A stretch of 63,762 nt of DNA, filler included. It is 8 parts of 8 records of this genome, joined end to end, with 100 filler letters (N's around TTAATTAATTAA, not from the genome) between each part and the next. Parts side by side here need not be neighbours in the genome. Positions count along the whole stretch, not along the records: positions 14,429 to 22,456 come from SRR31147125_32853; positions 22,557 to 32,665 come from SRR31147125_32914; 6 more parts are not named here. One strand, 5' to 3'. Shown piece by piece: positions 18,870 through 29,669 of this stretch. The notes beneath the pieces were generated by a model. It was not told the origin of the DNA. It saw nothing but the letters and a program-made list of their open reading frames with translations, and made no database searches. The position numbers and the translations under genes were made by a program. The first letter of the stretch is position 1, and each line of letters starts with the position of its first letter.

Positions 18870-20153
18870 TTATTTATGCAGTTTCAAAGTACGGTAACCG
18901 TAAATTGTTATCATTACAAAACACACAAAAGGCAAAATAAATGAAACATTTACAGCAGGTAACCAGCCAATAGTACCCATGTCGATTATTGCCCCCTGAA
19001 GTGGTGGCATTAACGCCCCACCAACAATTGCCATTACCAGACCAGCAGCACCAAGTGTGGCATCATCTCCAACACCATGAAGTGCAATACCATAAATAGT
19101 TGGAAACATCAATGACATAAAGCCAGAGGTAGCAACAAGGCAATATAAGCCTAGCTGGCCTTCAATAAGAATTACTCCTGATGTTGTAATCATTCCGCCT
19201 ATAGCAAAAATGGTCAACATCATTCGAGCATTTACATACTTCATTAAGGCTGTACTAACAAAGCGACTCGAAATGAAAATTGCCATTGCTACAATATTGT
19301 AATTTTGAGCAGTTGATTTCTTAATCCCTAAGTTTTCAGCATATTGAATAATAAAAGTCCAGCACATGATTTGAGCAGCCACATAGAATACTTGAGCGAT
19401 AACACCTTCTCTATATTTTACATTATTCCATAATCGTTTAGCAGATTGCCAGGCATGAATGCTATGATCTGCATTTTGTCGTTCAGGCATTTTTGATACA
19501 AGTATAATCACAAACATAATGATTACCACAAAGCCCAACATTACATACGGATCACGTATTACGGCCAGATCATGGGTACGAACAACAGCTTTTTCTGCAG
19601 CACTAAGAGTAGAAAACACCAATTCTCCAGCTTCATTGCGAATATCGGATTCCAGAGCTGCTAAAATAAATTTTGAAGCTACAATCATTCCAAATATTGA
19701 CCCTAACGGGTTAAACGACTGAGCCAAATTCAATCTTCGTGTTGCTGTAGACTCATCTCCCATCGATAAGATGTAAGGGTTAGCTGTTGTCTCCAAAAAA
19801 GCTAGTCCAAAAGTCAAAATATAAAGAGACATCAAAAAGAAGCCAAACATTTCAAATTGAGCTGCTGGATAAAACAACAATGCCCCGGTGGCATATAAAA
19901 TCAATCCAAGCAATATTCCCTTCTTATAAGAATATTTCTTAACAAACAGAGCCGCAGGAATGGCCATTGTTCCATAACCACCATAAAATGCAAATTGAAT
20001 CATTGATGCTTTTGCATTCGATATCTCCATTACCGTTTTAAATGCAGCTACCATTGGGTTGGTGATATCATTGGCAAACCCCCACAATGAAAACAGAGCT
20101 GTAATCATGATAAACGGCAACATTACTTCTTTTGAAACTACTTTTGCTTTCAT
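18870..20153 (-). CDS. fucP: L-fucose:H+ symporter
   Basis: LFSLWGFANDITNPMV, AFLETTANPY, RRLNLAQSFNPLG, MFPTIY, MAIVGGA; downstream of fucI. Confidence 0.92.
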   Translation of the reverse strand: MKAKVVSKEVMLPFIMITALFSLWGFANDITNPMVAAFKTVMEISNAKASMIQFAFYGGYGTMAIPAALFVKKYSYKKGILLGLILYATGALLFYPAAQFEMFGFFLMSLYILTFGLAFLETTANPYILSMGDESTATRRLNLAQSFNPLGSIFGMIVASKFILAALESDIRNEAGELVFSTLSAAEKAVVRTHDLAVIRDPYVMLGFVVIIMFVIILVSKMPERQNADHSIHAWQSAKRLWNNVKYREGVIAQVFYVAAQIMCWTFIIQYAENLGIKKSTAQNYNIVAMAIFISSRFVSTALMKYVNARMMLTIFAIGGMITTSGVILIEGQLGLYCLVATSGFMSLMFPTIYGIALHGVGDDATLGAAGLVMAIVGGALMPPLQGAIIDMGTIGWLPAVNVSFILPFVCFVMITIYGYRTLKLHK

Positions 20154-20239
20154 AATTAATTTAACGACCAATTAAGCTATTTGCGAACATCTTGCTAATT
20201 GATCCTTGTTTAGTTTATTTAGTTCGTTTATTCTTCAAT

Positions 20240-21466
20240 TTAATTGAAACTATTTTTTATCTCAACAATAGAAACACCCAAAATTTTGCTGGATATTGCA
20301 TCAAGATCTTCTTCAGATCCCTCAAAATGATATGTTCGTTGTAAGTGGAAACAAGTTTCTCCCGGGTTTAATTCATTTGCAGAAGAAGAAGATTCAAGTT
20401 CGAAAAACGGGCCTAATTGATCTCCATTATCTAAAGGACCATCGTTGTATGAATTAATAAGGTCTCCTTTAAATGGTTCTTCCTGAAATTCTTCCCAAGA
20501 AGAATTAACATAGTCTGTTTTTGTAGTATCTATTGAACATTCAATAATCGTTAATCGTTGATTTTCTTCATCATAACTACCACAAACAGGAAGTGCCCTT
20601 TGTGGAGGAATTCCAATTTTACTACGGAATTTCCCATCTGCCTTAAAGAATATAATTCCATCTTTTACCTTCAATCGATCATCAGGTACTTTAGCAAAGT
20701 AGTTGTCGTTTAAAATAATTCCTTCAGTTTCTTTTTTATAAGGTATTATAACCGTTGTTCCTTCAGAACATTGATACATAGACAGCAACCATAAAGAAAG
20801 TAAGCCTGTTTCTTTTGTCCATTCATTGCTCCCTGCATTTTTCAATTGGTTTAATGATTCATAAGCAACTGAACATACCGATTTTCCTAGTTCTACTTTT
20901 AGGAAATCTTCTAATTCGCTAGGATCAATAATACTTACCCGGCGCATAATCTCAACATCAAGATCGTTTCCTGAATAGTTATTCAATTGAAAGTTCTTAA
21001 CAAAAGTTGCTGTCTCTGGGTTAACTTCACTCACATCCCATGGCATGGTATCAATTGCTTTTGGCACGACCCAATTCTCCATATCCATTGATTTCCCTTT
21101 TTCAAAATAAATCGAGAACTGTCCGCCTTCTGGTCCAAACCACAAGCGCTCTTCACCTCCAAATGGGTTAAATTGTTCAGATAAATCTATTGTAGCAATT
21201 TGCTCATGATTTACCCATCCAAACGAAAACCCATTCATTCCGGAAGTAGTGCTAGTCATTACACGCCCCTGATATTCGGGTACAAGAACAACTCTTGAAT
21301 CATTTGCAACCAGCTCTATAGTGGTTACGTGTTCTTTTAAAAATTCAATATCATAGCCATATTGGCCTTTAACATATTCCATTTTTTCCTTTTTAGCATT
21401 TGAAGCAACGCATGCTCCAAATGCCAAAATAACTAAAAAGCTGATTGCAAAAGATAATTGATTCAT
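20240..21466 (-). CDS. DUF6786-like protein (probable galactose-mutarotase-like fold) with lipoprotein-type signal
   Basis: PEYQGRVMTS, FGGEERLWFGPEGGQFS, INSYNDGP, GPFFELESSS; N-terminal ..LAFGAC. Confidence 0.7.
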   Translation of the reverse strand: MNQLSFAISFLVILAFGACVASNAKKEKMEYVKGQYGYDIEFLKEHVTTIELVANDSRVVLVPEYQGRVMTSTTSGMNGFSFGWVNHEQIATIDLSEQFNPFGGEERLWFGPEGGQFSIYFEKGKSMDMENWVVPKAIDTMPWDVSEVNPETATFVKNFQLNNYSGNDLDVEIMRRVSIIDPSELEDFLKVELGKSVCSVAYESLNQLKNAGSNEWTKETGLLSLWLLSMYQCSEGTTVIIPYKKETEGIILNDNYFAKVPDDRLKVKDGIIFFKADGKFRSKIGIPPQRALPVCGSYDEENQRLTIIECSIDTTKTDYVNSSWEEFQEEPFKGDLINSYNDGPLDNGDQLGPFFELESSSSANELNPGETCFHLQRTYHFEGSEEDLDAISSKILGVSIVEIKNSFN

Positions 21467-21496
21467 TATTTTGATAAAAAAAGTAAAACTTCTTTC

Positions 21497-22456
21497 TTAT
21501 TTATACAATGCACCATAATTCTTACATGCCTTGTAATCAGAAGCCTCTTTATCACTTCCAAAAGCATTCCAGGCGCTTGGACGGAAAATATTAGCTTCAT
21601 CAACATTGTGCATAGATACAGGAATCCTGAGGATTGATGCCAATGTAATTAAATCTGCACCAATATGCCCATACGAAATTGCTCCATGGTTTGCTCCCCA
21701 GTTTGCCATTACCTCATAAACATCTTTAAAAGCACCAGCCCCCTTTAAACGAGGCACAAACCAAGTTGTTGGCCAGGTTGGGTTCGTTCGTTCATCAAGC
21801 ACTTTATGAATATCTTCGGGAAGTTCAACAGTCCAACCTTCAGCAATTTGCAATACCGGACCTAATCCTTTTACCAAATTTAAACGAGACATGGTAACTG
21901 GCATTTCAGCTTCAGTTTTAAATAACGAAGAGAAACCGCCTCCACGAAAATATCCCAAATCAGCAGGGCACCAACTGGTATTTTCCAGGCATTTATTCTT
22001 ATCTTCTTCAGTAATTTCCCAGTATGGTTTCATCACCGAATTACCCTCACTATCTTTTTGTTGTGCAGTTGCATCCAAAGTAGTAGAACCTGAATTAATC
22101 AAGTGAATGATGCCATCTTTTGCACGACCAGACAATTTCTTTCCGGTAACTCGTTCTACTGACTCAGCACTCCAGAACGTACGAACATCTGAGAATATCT
22201 GAGCTGTATTTGTTAAAAGATGGCCAAACATCATAGGCACAGCATTTAAACTGTCATTTTCAGTTGCAAAAACAAAAGCTTCACGAATACCATTCCAATC
22301 AAAAGATGAATTTAGAATTGCCTCAGGGAAATCTGCATTTGGATAATAATCAGTCCACTGACGCTGCCCCTGAAATCCACCAATCATTGCATTGTGTCCT
22401 TTTGCTTCTTCTCCAAAACCGAGTTCTTTCAAACGCGGATTTCCAACCATTAAGTC
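21497..22456 (-). CDS. fucI: L-fucose isomerase, C-terminal part (5' truncated)
   Basis: [37 protein letters not shown]. Confidence 0.97.
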   Translation of the reverse strand, partial: DLMVGNPRLKELGFGEEAKGHNAMIGGFQGQRQWTDYYPNADFPEAILNSSFDWNGIREAFVFATENDSLNAVPMMFGHLLTNTAQIFSDVRTFWSAESVERVTGKKLSGRAKDGIIHLINSGSTTLDATAQQKDSEGNSVMKPYWEITEEDKNKCLENTSWCPADLGYFRGGGFSSLFKTEAEMPVTMSRLNLVKGLGPVLQIAEGWTVELPEDIHKVLDERTNPTWPTTWFVPRLKGAGAFKDVYEVMANWGANHGAISYGHIGADLITLASILRIPVSMHNVDEANIFRPSAWNAFGSDKEASDYKACKNYGALYK

Positions 22457-22556
22457 NNNNNNNNNNNNNNNNNNNNNNNNNNNNNNNNNNNNNNNNNNNN
22501 TTAATTAATTAANNNNNNNNNNNNNNNNNNNNNNNNNNNNNNNNNNNNNNNNNNNN
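22457..22556. other. Artificial contig spacer
   Basis: N-run/TTAATTAATTAA/N-run. Confidence 0.99.
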
Positions 22557-23462
22557 TTTGGCTACAATGTGTTCGTGGCGTTTTGGGCGGCCCATTATGC
22601 GGCGGAAAAATTGGGTTGCGAGGTCATTCCCGGCGGCGTCCTCGACACCAAGGCGCGGATACTTAAAATTCAGGAATTGCAGGCCACGGCCATCATGGGC
22701 ACGCCAACGTATATTCTTGGGATGGTGGATACGGCCAAGACCAAAATGGGAATCGACCCGAAAAGTCTGGGTATTCAAAGAATTACCTGTGCCGGGGAGC
22801 CGGGCGCCAGTATTCCGGGGACCAAGAATAGAATGGAAGCTGCCTGGGGAGCCAAGGTCTTTGACCATGCCGGGGCAACGGAGATCGGCGCATGGTCGTA
22901 TGAGTGCCATGCGCAATCCGGTGGTATTCATGCCAACGAGGCCATGTTTCTTGTGGAGATCGAAGATGTGGAGACCGGTGAAATCATCGAGGCACCCGGC
23001 CGGCCGGGCAAGATGGTCATTACCGCCCTGGACCGCATGGCCCAGCCCTGTGTACGCTTTGATTCCAAGGACATAATCGAGTGGGCCGAAGACCCCTGCC
23101 CGTGCGGTTCTTCATTCAGGCTGATTCGTGGCGGGGTGCAGGGACGTGCCGATGACATCACCAAAGTCAAGGGGGTTCTGCTCAGTCCGGCGGCCATTGA
23201 AGAGGTGGTGCGCAGCATCGATGGCCTGGGGGATGAATACGAGGTCATCGTTGACAAATTGGGCGACATCGACCGCATCAAACTAAAAGTCGAAGCCTTG
23301 CCGGGGCGTGAAGAACAGGTAAAAGCAATAGAGGCGGAATTGAAGGATCAACTGCGGTTAAAAACCAATCTTGGGTATCGCATCGAGTTTTATGACTATG
23401 GCTGTCTGCCGCGCTATGAAGTCAAGGCGCGGCGCTTTAAGGATTTAAGAAAAGGGCATTAA
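22557..23462 (+). CDS. Phenylacetate-CoA ligase (PaaK) family protein, 5' truncated
   Basis: GTPTY, AGEPG, DHAGATE, CPCG, GRADD..KVKGV, KARRFKDLR. Confidence 0.9.
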   Translation, partial: FGYNVFVAFWAAHYAAEKLGCEVIPGGVLDTKARILKIQELQATAIMGTPTYILGMVDTAKTKMGIDPKSLGIQRITCAGEPGASIPGTKNRMEAAWGAKVFDHAGATEIGAWSYECHAQSGGIHANEAMFLVEIEDVETGEIIEAPGRPGKMVITALDRMAQPCVRFDSKDIIEWAEDPCPCGSSFRLIRGGVQGRADDITKVKGVLLSPAAIEEVVRSIDGLGDEYEVIVDKLGDIDRIKLKVEALPGREEQVKAIEAELKDQLRLKTNLGYRIEFYDYGCLPRYEVKARRFKDLRKGH

Positions 23463-23603
23463 GCGAAGGGGGGGCAGGTTGCCGGGGAGGTGGATTTTTC
23501 CCGTCCGATGAAATCGAACGCTTTTTGTAGTTGAAGAAGAAAAGGGGCCTTGGTCCCTTTTCTTGATTGAGGTGCTTTTCTGCTTGCCTATTGTCCGGAG
23601 ATG

Positions 23604-23649
23604 GTTCATTATCCTGAACATAAATAGGCGTGGGTTCATTATGATGAAA
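23604..23649. promoter_or_regulatory. Two operator-like palindromes GTTCA-N6-TGAA(C/A)
   Basis: GTTCATTATCCTGAAC (23604-23619) and GTTCATTATGATGAAA (23634-23649) upstream of IclR #1. Confidence 0.55.
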
Positions 23650-23828
23650 ACGGTTCCCGGTATGGGTGTCGATTCTTTCCCCCGCTAAACCATATGTGTC
23701 TGAATAATGGCGTGTTGTCCGTATGGAAAATATTGACGTGAACCATGGATCGGTTTAGTTATTCACCATAATAAACCGATTGTGATTTAATTATTATCTT
23801 GTTCAACAGGGGTGACGCAATTAAGCAT

Positions 23829-24623
23829 ATGCTAAAAACACCGACTGGTGAAAAATTGACCGGATACAAGGCACCCGCGGTCCACCGTGCATTCGAGTTG
23901 CTGCGTACGGTGGCCCAATCCCGCAAAAGTCTTTCGCTTACCGAGTTGGCGCTCCAAGTGGGATACAGCAAAAGCACGACCCACGGGCTGGTTCATGCGC
24001 TGCTTCGTGAGGGTGCGCTTGCACAAGATCCGGACGGGCGCAAGTTATATCTTGGACCGGCGGTTGTTGACCTGGCTTTTGCGAGCTGGAACTACCTTAA
24101 AATGGTCGAATCGGTTCAGTCGCCGATCGATGAATTGCGAAAGCAAATCAAGGAAACGGTTGTCCTGGGAGCATTGATCTGCAACCGCATCATGATCCTG
24201 GCGGCGGCCGAGTCGGCGGACCCGTTGAAGATTTCCGCGTCTTCCGGAACGGTGCTGCCCCTATTTGCCGGTGCTTCGGGAAAAGTCCTGCTCGCCGATC
24301 AGCCAACGGAAACCGTAATACAATTGATCCGTGAAAAAGGGCTTCCCCGGCATACTCCCCGATCGATCGTCGATGAAGAAACCTACCTGGCTGAATTGGA
24401 CGTTGTAAGAGCTAAGGGATTTTCCGTGGATGACGAGGAGTACCTGACCGGTGTCAGAGCGGTCGCCGTGGCGCTGCATAACCTCAAGGGGCCTCCCATG
24501 GCGATATGGGTCGTGGCGCTGTCAAGTAAAATGGGGGAGAACAAAATCGAGGAAGCCATTATCAATATGCGGGGCGTGGCTGATAATCTATGTGAAGCGG
24601 TTGACACGTCTTTGGGATGTTGA
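23829..24623 (+). CDS. IclR family transcriptional regulator
   Basis: PAVHRAFELL, LTELA..SKSTTHGL HTH, GASGKVLLA, DDEEYLTGVRAVA. Confidence 0.95.
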   Translation: MLKTPTGEKLTGYKAPAVHRAFELLRTVAQSRKSLSLTELALQVGYSKSTTHGLVHALLREGALAQDPDGRKLYLGPAVVDLAFASWNYLKMVESVQSPIDELRKQIKETVVLGALICNRIMILAAAESADPLKISASSGTVLPLFAGASGKVLLADQPTETVIQLIREKGLPRHTPRSIVDEETYLAELDVVRAKGFSVDDEEYLTGVRAVAVALHNLKGPPMAIWVVALSSKMGENKIEEAIINMRGVADNLCEAVDTSLGC

Positions 24624-24698
24624 GCACGACCCACGGCTTTTGTCGCTAACCTGCCGGTGCGGTCGAGCGGTTAGTCTCATTCGCTGACGGGGATTGGT

Positions 24699-25460
24699 TC
24701 AATGCATGCGCTGGTTGATTTCTTGGGACACGCCTTTAAGCAGGGGGGCCAGGTGTTTTATTGATTCTTGCGCCACTTGCTGCTTTAGGCCCACCACCCA
24801 AATGGCGGCCTGAACGTTGCGACTGCTGGTATTGATCGGGATTCCCAGCGCCATCATGCCTTCGATATATTCCTCTCGGTCAAATGCAATTCCCTCTTGG
24901 CGAACCTTGTCGATCTCGGTCAGGTAGGTCTTCCTTTCGATTATCGTGTTGGGCGTGTAGCGTTTAAAGGATACATTGGATATCAGTTTGTTAAGATCCT
25001 GATTGCTCAACAGGCTTAGCATGGCCTTGATACCGGCACCCGCCAGGACCGGCATTTGCATGCCGATCTCCGAGGAAATTTTAATCCCATGGGCCAGGTC
25101 CACCTTATCTATAATAACGGATCGTAAATCCGCCCGGATGCCTAAAAAGGCCGACAGTTTGGTTTCGGTATTGATTTTTTCCAAAAAAGGGTGGGCAACG
25201 CGAATTAATTCGGAGCGATTTCCGGCGGCGCTGCCCAATACATAAAAACGGGGGCCGAATCCGAATTTTCCGTCATCCATGCCCTCGAGCACATCAAGAT
25301 CGATAAGCGTGTAGACCATGTTGAAAACGGTGCTTTTGTTGAGCGCCAATTGCCTGGAAATATCACTGATGCCAAGGGGTTTGTCTTTTTTCGAAAGCAG
25401 GTCCAAAATGGCGAAGCATTTTCTGACCGCCGGTACGGGCTTGTATGCGGGTGGCATCAC
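24699..25460 (-). CDS. IclR family transcriptional regulator
   Basis: PAVRKCFAIL, ISDISRQLALNKSTV, YTPNTI, DREEYIEG. Confidence 0.95.
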   Translation of the reverse strand: MMPPAYKPVPAVRKCFAILDLLSKKDKPLGISDISRQLALNKSTVFNMVYTLIDLDVLEGMDDGKFGFGPRFYVLGSAAGNRSELIRVAHPFLEKINTETKLSAFLGIRADLRSVIIDKVDLAHGIKISSEIGMQMPVLAGAGIKAMLSLLSNQDLNKLISNVSFKRYTPNTIIERKTYLTEIDKVRQEGIAFDREEYIEGMMALGIPINTSSRNVQAAIWVVGLKQQVAQESIKHLAPLLKGVSQEINQRMH

Positions 25461-25615
25461 GAACTCCTATCCGTTCTATATAGAGAAAATATATTTTTTA
25501 TAGCTAACGGGTGCATAAAGGTCAAGCAAAAAGCAAACCCGTCTGCAAAACAATTTCGGCACCTTGCCCTGAACGGACGAGGCCTGCCGGCAGGAAAGAA
25601 GAATGGCGGAGGGGG

Positions 25616-26404
25616 CTATAAAAGAAGCGATGCGGCGTTTCCGCCGGCGACCTTCTCTTTTTCAGCGGCGGTCAGGAAAGATAGGTTGAGCAGATAGTTC
25701 AATTCAGCCGCCTGATCCGTGAACGGGCTGTCACTGCCGAAAAGGATACGCTCGACACCGTGTTTGCGGAAGAACCGCTTGAGCAGCCCAAATGGCATGA
25801 TTCTCAGCACGAAAGAGGTATCCAGATAAATATCTTCACCAAGTAGCAGGTCTTCGGTCGCCTCATAGTTGTCCTCTCCCCCCATGTGGGCGGCAATCAT
25901 GATTAAGCCTGGAAAAGCCCGATGCACCTTCAACAAACCGGCCGGCATGGCATGCACCGGAGGAGGGAGACCCCGGTCGAGGCCGGCATGGAACAGAACC
26001 GGCATCCCGGTAGCCTGGGCAGCTTCGTAGAACGGATACATGCGTCGGTCGTCAACAAAGAATCCTTGATAATCGGGGTGCAGTTTGACCCCTTTGAATC
26101 CTTGAGCCTTGAGGGCATCGAGATCGCTGGATGCCACCGGTTGGTCTGGATGGACGGTGGCCAGCGCTTGGACGCGGGGACCGACGCATGTGACGAGCCA
26201 GTTGTTGACCGCCGTTACATTCTCTTTCTTGGTGGTGATGCGGCTGATCAGGGACCGGTCGATTCCGCAATCTTCCATCACTTCCAGCAAACCCTCGACC
26301 GTGCCATCGGTGAAATGGGGAATGCGTTTGCGTTTTGCCATGTCTTCAAGGATCGACGGGGCTTTACGGCGGGGAAACACGTGGGCATGAAAATCGATGT
26401 GCAT
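25616..26404 (-). CDS. Amidohydrolase_2 family metal-dependent TIM-barrel hydrolase
   Basis: IDFHAH, GVKLHP, LFHAG, AAHMGG, LFGSDSP. Confidence 0.92.
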   Translation of the reverse strand: MHIDFHAHVFPRRKAPSILEDMAKRKRIPHFTDGTVEGLLEVMEDCGIDRSLISRITTKKENVTAVNNWLVTCVGPRVQALATVHPDQPVASSDLDALKAQGFKGVKLHPDYQGFFVDDRRMYPFYEAAQATGMPVLFHAGLDRGLPPPVHAMPAGLLKVHRAFPGLIMIAAHMGGEDNYEATEDLLLGEDIYLDTSFVLRIMPFGLLKRFFRKHGVERILFGSDSPFTDQAAELNYLLNLSFLTAAEKEKVAGGNAASLLL

Positions 26405-26697
26405 TGCGATCTACGGTTTTAACGTTGATATTGACAGAGTTGAGGGCCGTTTGACATCGCTTTCTCGTTCAGCCGACGGTATTTCCCTCTGCGTATTAAA
26501 ATGATAGAACATATGCAGATGCTTGTATTCTTGACGCTTGATCCGCTTCTTGGCTCGTTGCCGGATAACTGGCAGCGTTTTCGAGCTGCGCCAGGACCCT
26601 CTGGCCGGCTTTCACCGACCACCGATACAGCCGGAGGGTTGCACCGGTGGTCGTGAACATGGACACGCGCGTGGGAAGGCCGTTCGCCGACGCCAGC

Positions 26698-28001
26698 TTA
26701 CGCGGCCAGCAGATTAGGCAGCCACATTATCATACCCGGAAAGATAATTACAATGATCAGGAGAATGAACATCGCCACCAGAAAAGGGAAGGTGCCGCTG
26801 AATATCTTGGAGATGGGGACATCCAGGGCGATACCTTTGGTGACATATACATTAACTCCCACAGGCGGGGTGACCACTGCTATCTGGCTGATCAATACGA
26901 TAACCACACCGAACCAAACCGGATCGAAGTTCAATTGCAGGATTACCGGATAAATGATGGGAATAGTCAGCATAATCAATGCCATGGCATCCAAAAAACA
27001 GCCGCCGACGAAGAACAGGATGCAGATCAATGCCATGATGCCGATGGGGGGCAGGGGAAGTTCGGATACCCACATGGAGAGATTGGCCGGGATTGTGGTT
27101 ACGGCCATGAATTTGCCAAACACAGAGGCGCCGGCAATCAGCATCATGATCATGCATGCGGTCCGCAGTCCTTCTTTTGACGCTTGAAAAATTTTTTCCA
27201 ACTCAGTTCGCGGTGAATCAGGCCCAGTAGCAATGCGCCGGCGGCGCCTACGCCCGCCGCCTGGTTGGGACTGTACCAGCCGAGAAAAAGCCCGCCGATG
27301 GAAAGTGCGAAAAGAAGGAAAATATCGGCAACCCGCCACATGGCTTTCAGTTTCTCAAGAAACGTGGTCGCCTGCCCGGGGGGCGCGATATCCTTGTTCC
27401 TGAAGGCCACTACGAAAACCGTCGCCACGAAGAAGATGGTCAGCATGATTCCCGGGACAATGCCGGCCGCAAACAGCGATCCAATGGACTGTTCCGTAAG
27501 GATGCCGTAGACGATAAAAATCGTGGAGGGGGGGATCAGGATACCGATCACGCCGGCCGATGCAATGCATCCGGTGGCCAGGCGCTGACTGTAGCCGAAC
27601 CGCCGCATTTCGGGGAGCGCCACGCGTCCGATGGTGGCCACCGTGGCGGCGGTGGATCCGCAAATGGCGGCGAAGCCGCTGCAGGCCAGGATGGTGGCCA
27701 CAGCCAACCCTCCAGGCATTTTGCCGGAAATCTTATGCGCCGACTCATACAGGCGACCGCTCATGCCGGAGGCGAAGGCGAAGGAGCCCATCAATACGAA
27801 CAGCACAATTACGTTCAGCGGATAATTGGATAATTGGGAAAAGATGTCACGTATTAACAGTGAGACTGCTGCATCCCAGCTTATCAAATAGCCAAAGCCG
27901 GCAAAACCGACAAAGGCCATGGCGAATGATACCGGCATGTTGAGAGCAAACAACAGCAGCAGGACCAGAATACCAACAAGACCAACAATCACCGGATCCA
28001 T
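26698..28001 (-). CDS. dctM: TRAP transporter large permease (one-base frameshift at homopolymer about 27187-27191)
   Basis: FAAICGS, LIPPS, FAAGIVPG in the first frame; FDPVWFG..TPPVGVNVY in the second. Confidence 0.92.
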
Positions 28002-28480
28002 CAGGAAAAAGCCTCCTTTGTCGCACGAATGAAATCAAGCAGCATCATCATCGCAACCGGCAACAGAGCGATTGAAAACGCATAGGCGAATGGAAAAAAA
28101 GGTATTTTGACCGTCGCCGTTACCTCGCCAGCCTCCAGATACTCGTTGCCCAGGCCGATGCCCTCGTAGATCAGCAGTGTAAAAAGAATCAGGCCCAGCA
28201 GCGAGGTCAGCATCTTTACCCGTGCCCGCATCCGCGGAGAAAGGTTGCCCACAAACATCTCCACGCTGATGTGACCGCCTTCCCGTTGAGTTGCCGCCAC
28301 GGCAAAGACAATCGCGGCCACCTGAATCAGACTGACGATTTCGATACACCCCGGCACCGGAAGAAGAAATAGCTTGGCGCCCACCACGTCGATGCAGGTT
28401 ACCGAGATCATGATCGCGATGCCCGCCACACCTACCCATTCTCCCCAAATACTCAGTCGCTTCACCCATCGATCAATCAT
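28001..28480 (-). CDS. dctQ: TRAP transporter small permease
   Basis: 4 TM, GGHISVE motif, located between dctP and dctM. Confidence 0.92.
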   Translation of the reverse strand: MIDRWVKRLSIWGEWVGVAGIAIMISVTCIDVVGAKLFLLPVPGCIEIVSLIQVAAIVFAVAATQREGGHISVEMFVGNLSPRMRARVKMLTSLLGLILFTLLIYEGIGLGNEYLEAGEVTATVKIPFFPFAYAFSIALLPVAMMMLLDFIRATKEAFS

Positions 28481-28500
28481 TTTTCGTATCGGCTCCTAAT

Positions 28501-28532
28501 AGCGGTGTCCGAAATGCGTTCCGGACACCGCT
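28501..28532 (-). terminator. Intercistronic stem-loop after dctP
   Basis: AGCGGTGTCCG...CGGACACCGCT perfect 11-bp stem; terminator or mRNA-stabilising hairpin. Confidence 0.7.
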
Positions 28533-28545
28533 TGTATGGTTTGTT

Positions 28546-29607
28546 TTATTGCTCGGCGGTCGGCATGGGGATGCCATTGGAACGCTGAAGTTCAGTATAT
28601 TTGTCCCTGGTTTGTTTGATGAATGCAATCCGCGATTTCAGTTCGTCGGGGCTTATGCCTTTTTTCGATGTTTCTTCGATATATGTGTCGATTACCGGTT
28701 CCACTGCCTTGTTCCACCGTGCGGCTTCTTCGTCGGGAAGATGGATGATCTGGCCACCCTTGCTCTTGAAATATTCGACGCCCGCGAGATCGATGTTATT
28801 CCAGCCCTGGGCCATTTTCTCTTCAAACTCACTGTTTATTTCGTCGATGGCCGTTTTGACATTGTCGGGCAGGCTGTCCCATTTCTTTTTGTTCATCACC
28901 GCATAAAACGTATAGACATTGCCGACCTGCCAGTTGGCCGTGCAGTATTTGAGCAGTTCGCCCAGCCGAAAACCCTTGTAAGTTTCCAGGGGCAGCATGA
29001 CGCCGGAGATGACATTGCGTTTGACCGCCTCGTAAGTTTCGCCGATTCCCATTGTCCGGGAGGTCGCGCCCAGTGCCGCATTGGTGTCGGCGATCCGGCC
29101 GGTGGCCCTGAGTGTCTGTCCCTTGAGATCCTCAAGGGTGCGGACCGGTTTTTGGGTGGTGCCGATCAGGTTGGGGCCGCTGGCACAAAAATAGATCACC
29201 TTGACTTTGTCGAATTCTTTGGGTTTGTACTTCTTGAAAAAATCCTGGGCAACATGGGAAGACACCCATCCAGAGGGCATGCCAAGAGGTAAGTCGCACA
29301 TCTCCATCTCCGGGAACCGCCCGCGGGTGTAAGCCAGATTGCTGAATCCGATATCGGCGATTCCCTGCACCACCCCTTCGAAGACTTTGTCGGCCTTCAG
29401 GAGCTGGCCGCCGGCAAAGTGCTGGATCTTAACTTCTCCGTTGGTACGTTTTTCGACTTCCTTGCACCATTCGGCGGACATCTTGGAGGTCATGTGTGTC
29501 GGCGGGAAATAGTTGTTGTAAGTCAGTTTGATTTTGGCAGAGGCAACTCCCGTTGAAAAGCCGATGATCAGGATGATGGACAAGAAAATGGCAAGCTTTG
29601 TTCTCAT
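28546..29607 (-). CDS. dctP: TRAP transporter substrate-binding protein
   Basis: Signal peptide; VEKRTNGEVKI, YTRGRFP, LEDLKGQTLR, MNKKKWDSLP; GAGGAGG RBS. Confidence 0.95.
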   Translation of the reverse strand: MRTKLAIFLSIILIIGFSTGVASAKIKLTYNNYFPPTHMTSKMSAEWCKEVEKRTNGEVKIQHFAGGQLLKADKVFEGVVQGIADIGFSNLAYTRGRFPEMEMCDLPLGMPSGWVSSHVAQDFFKKYKPKEFDKVKVIYFCASGPNLIGTTQKPVRTLEDLKGQTLRATGRIADTNAALGATSRTMGIGETYEAVKRNVISGVMLPLETYKGFRLGELLKYCTANWQVGNVYTFYAVMNKKKWDSLPDNVKTAIDEINSEFEEKMAQGWNNIDLAGVEYFKSKGGQIIHLPDEEAARWNKAVEPVIDTYIEETSKKGISPDELKSRIAFIKQTRDKYTELQRSNGIPMPTAEQ

Positions 29608-29645
29608 TGAATCCTCCTCGTTGAATTACCGCGAAATGCAGGTGA

Positions 29646-29669
29646 TTATTCCAACGCCATAACCTTCAT
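29646..29669 (-). CDS. Tiny ORF MKVMALE with strong RBS (possible leader peptide or gene remnant)
   Basis: GGAGG-N7-ATG AAG GTT ATG GCG TTG GAA TAA, 38 nt upstream of dctP. Confidence 0.35.
   Translation of the reverse strand: MKVMALE

Noticed and set aside
24646-24676. GCTAAC...GTTAG hairpin resembling an attC site
   Set aside because: Too short (about 30 bp) and lies between convergent IclR genes; better explained as a terminator-like hairpin
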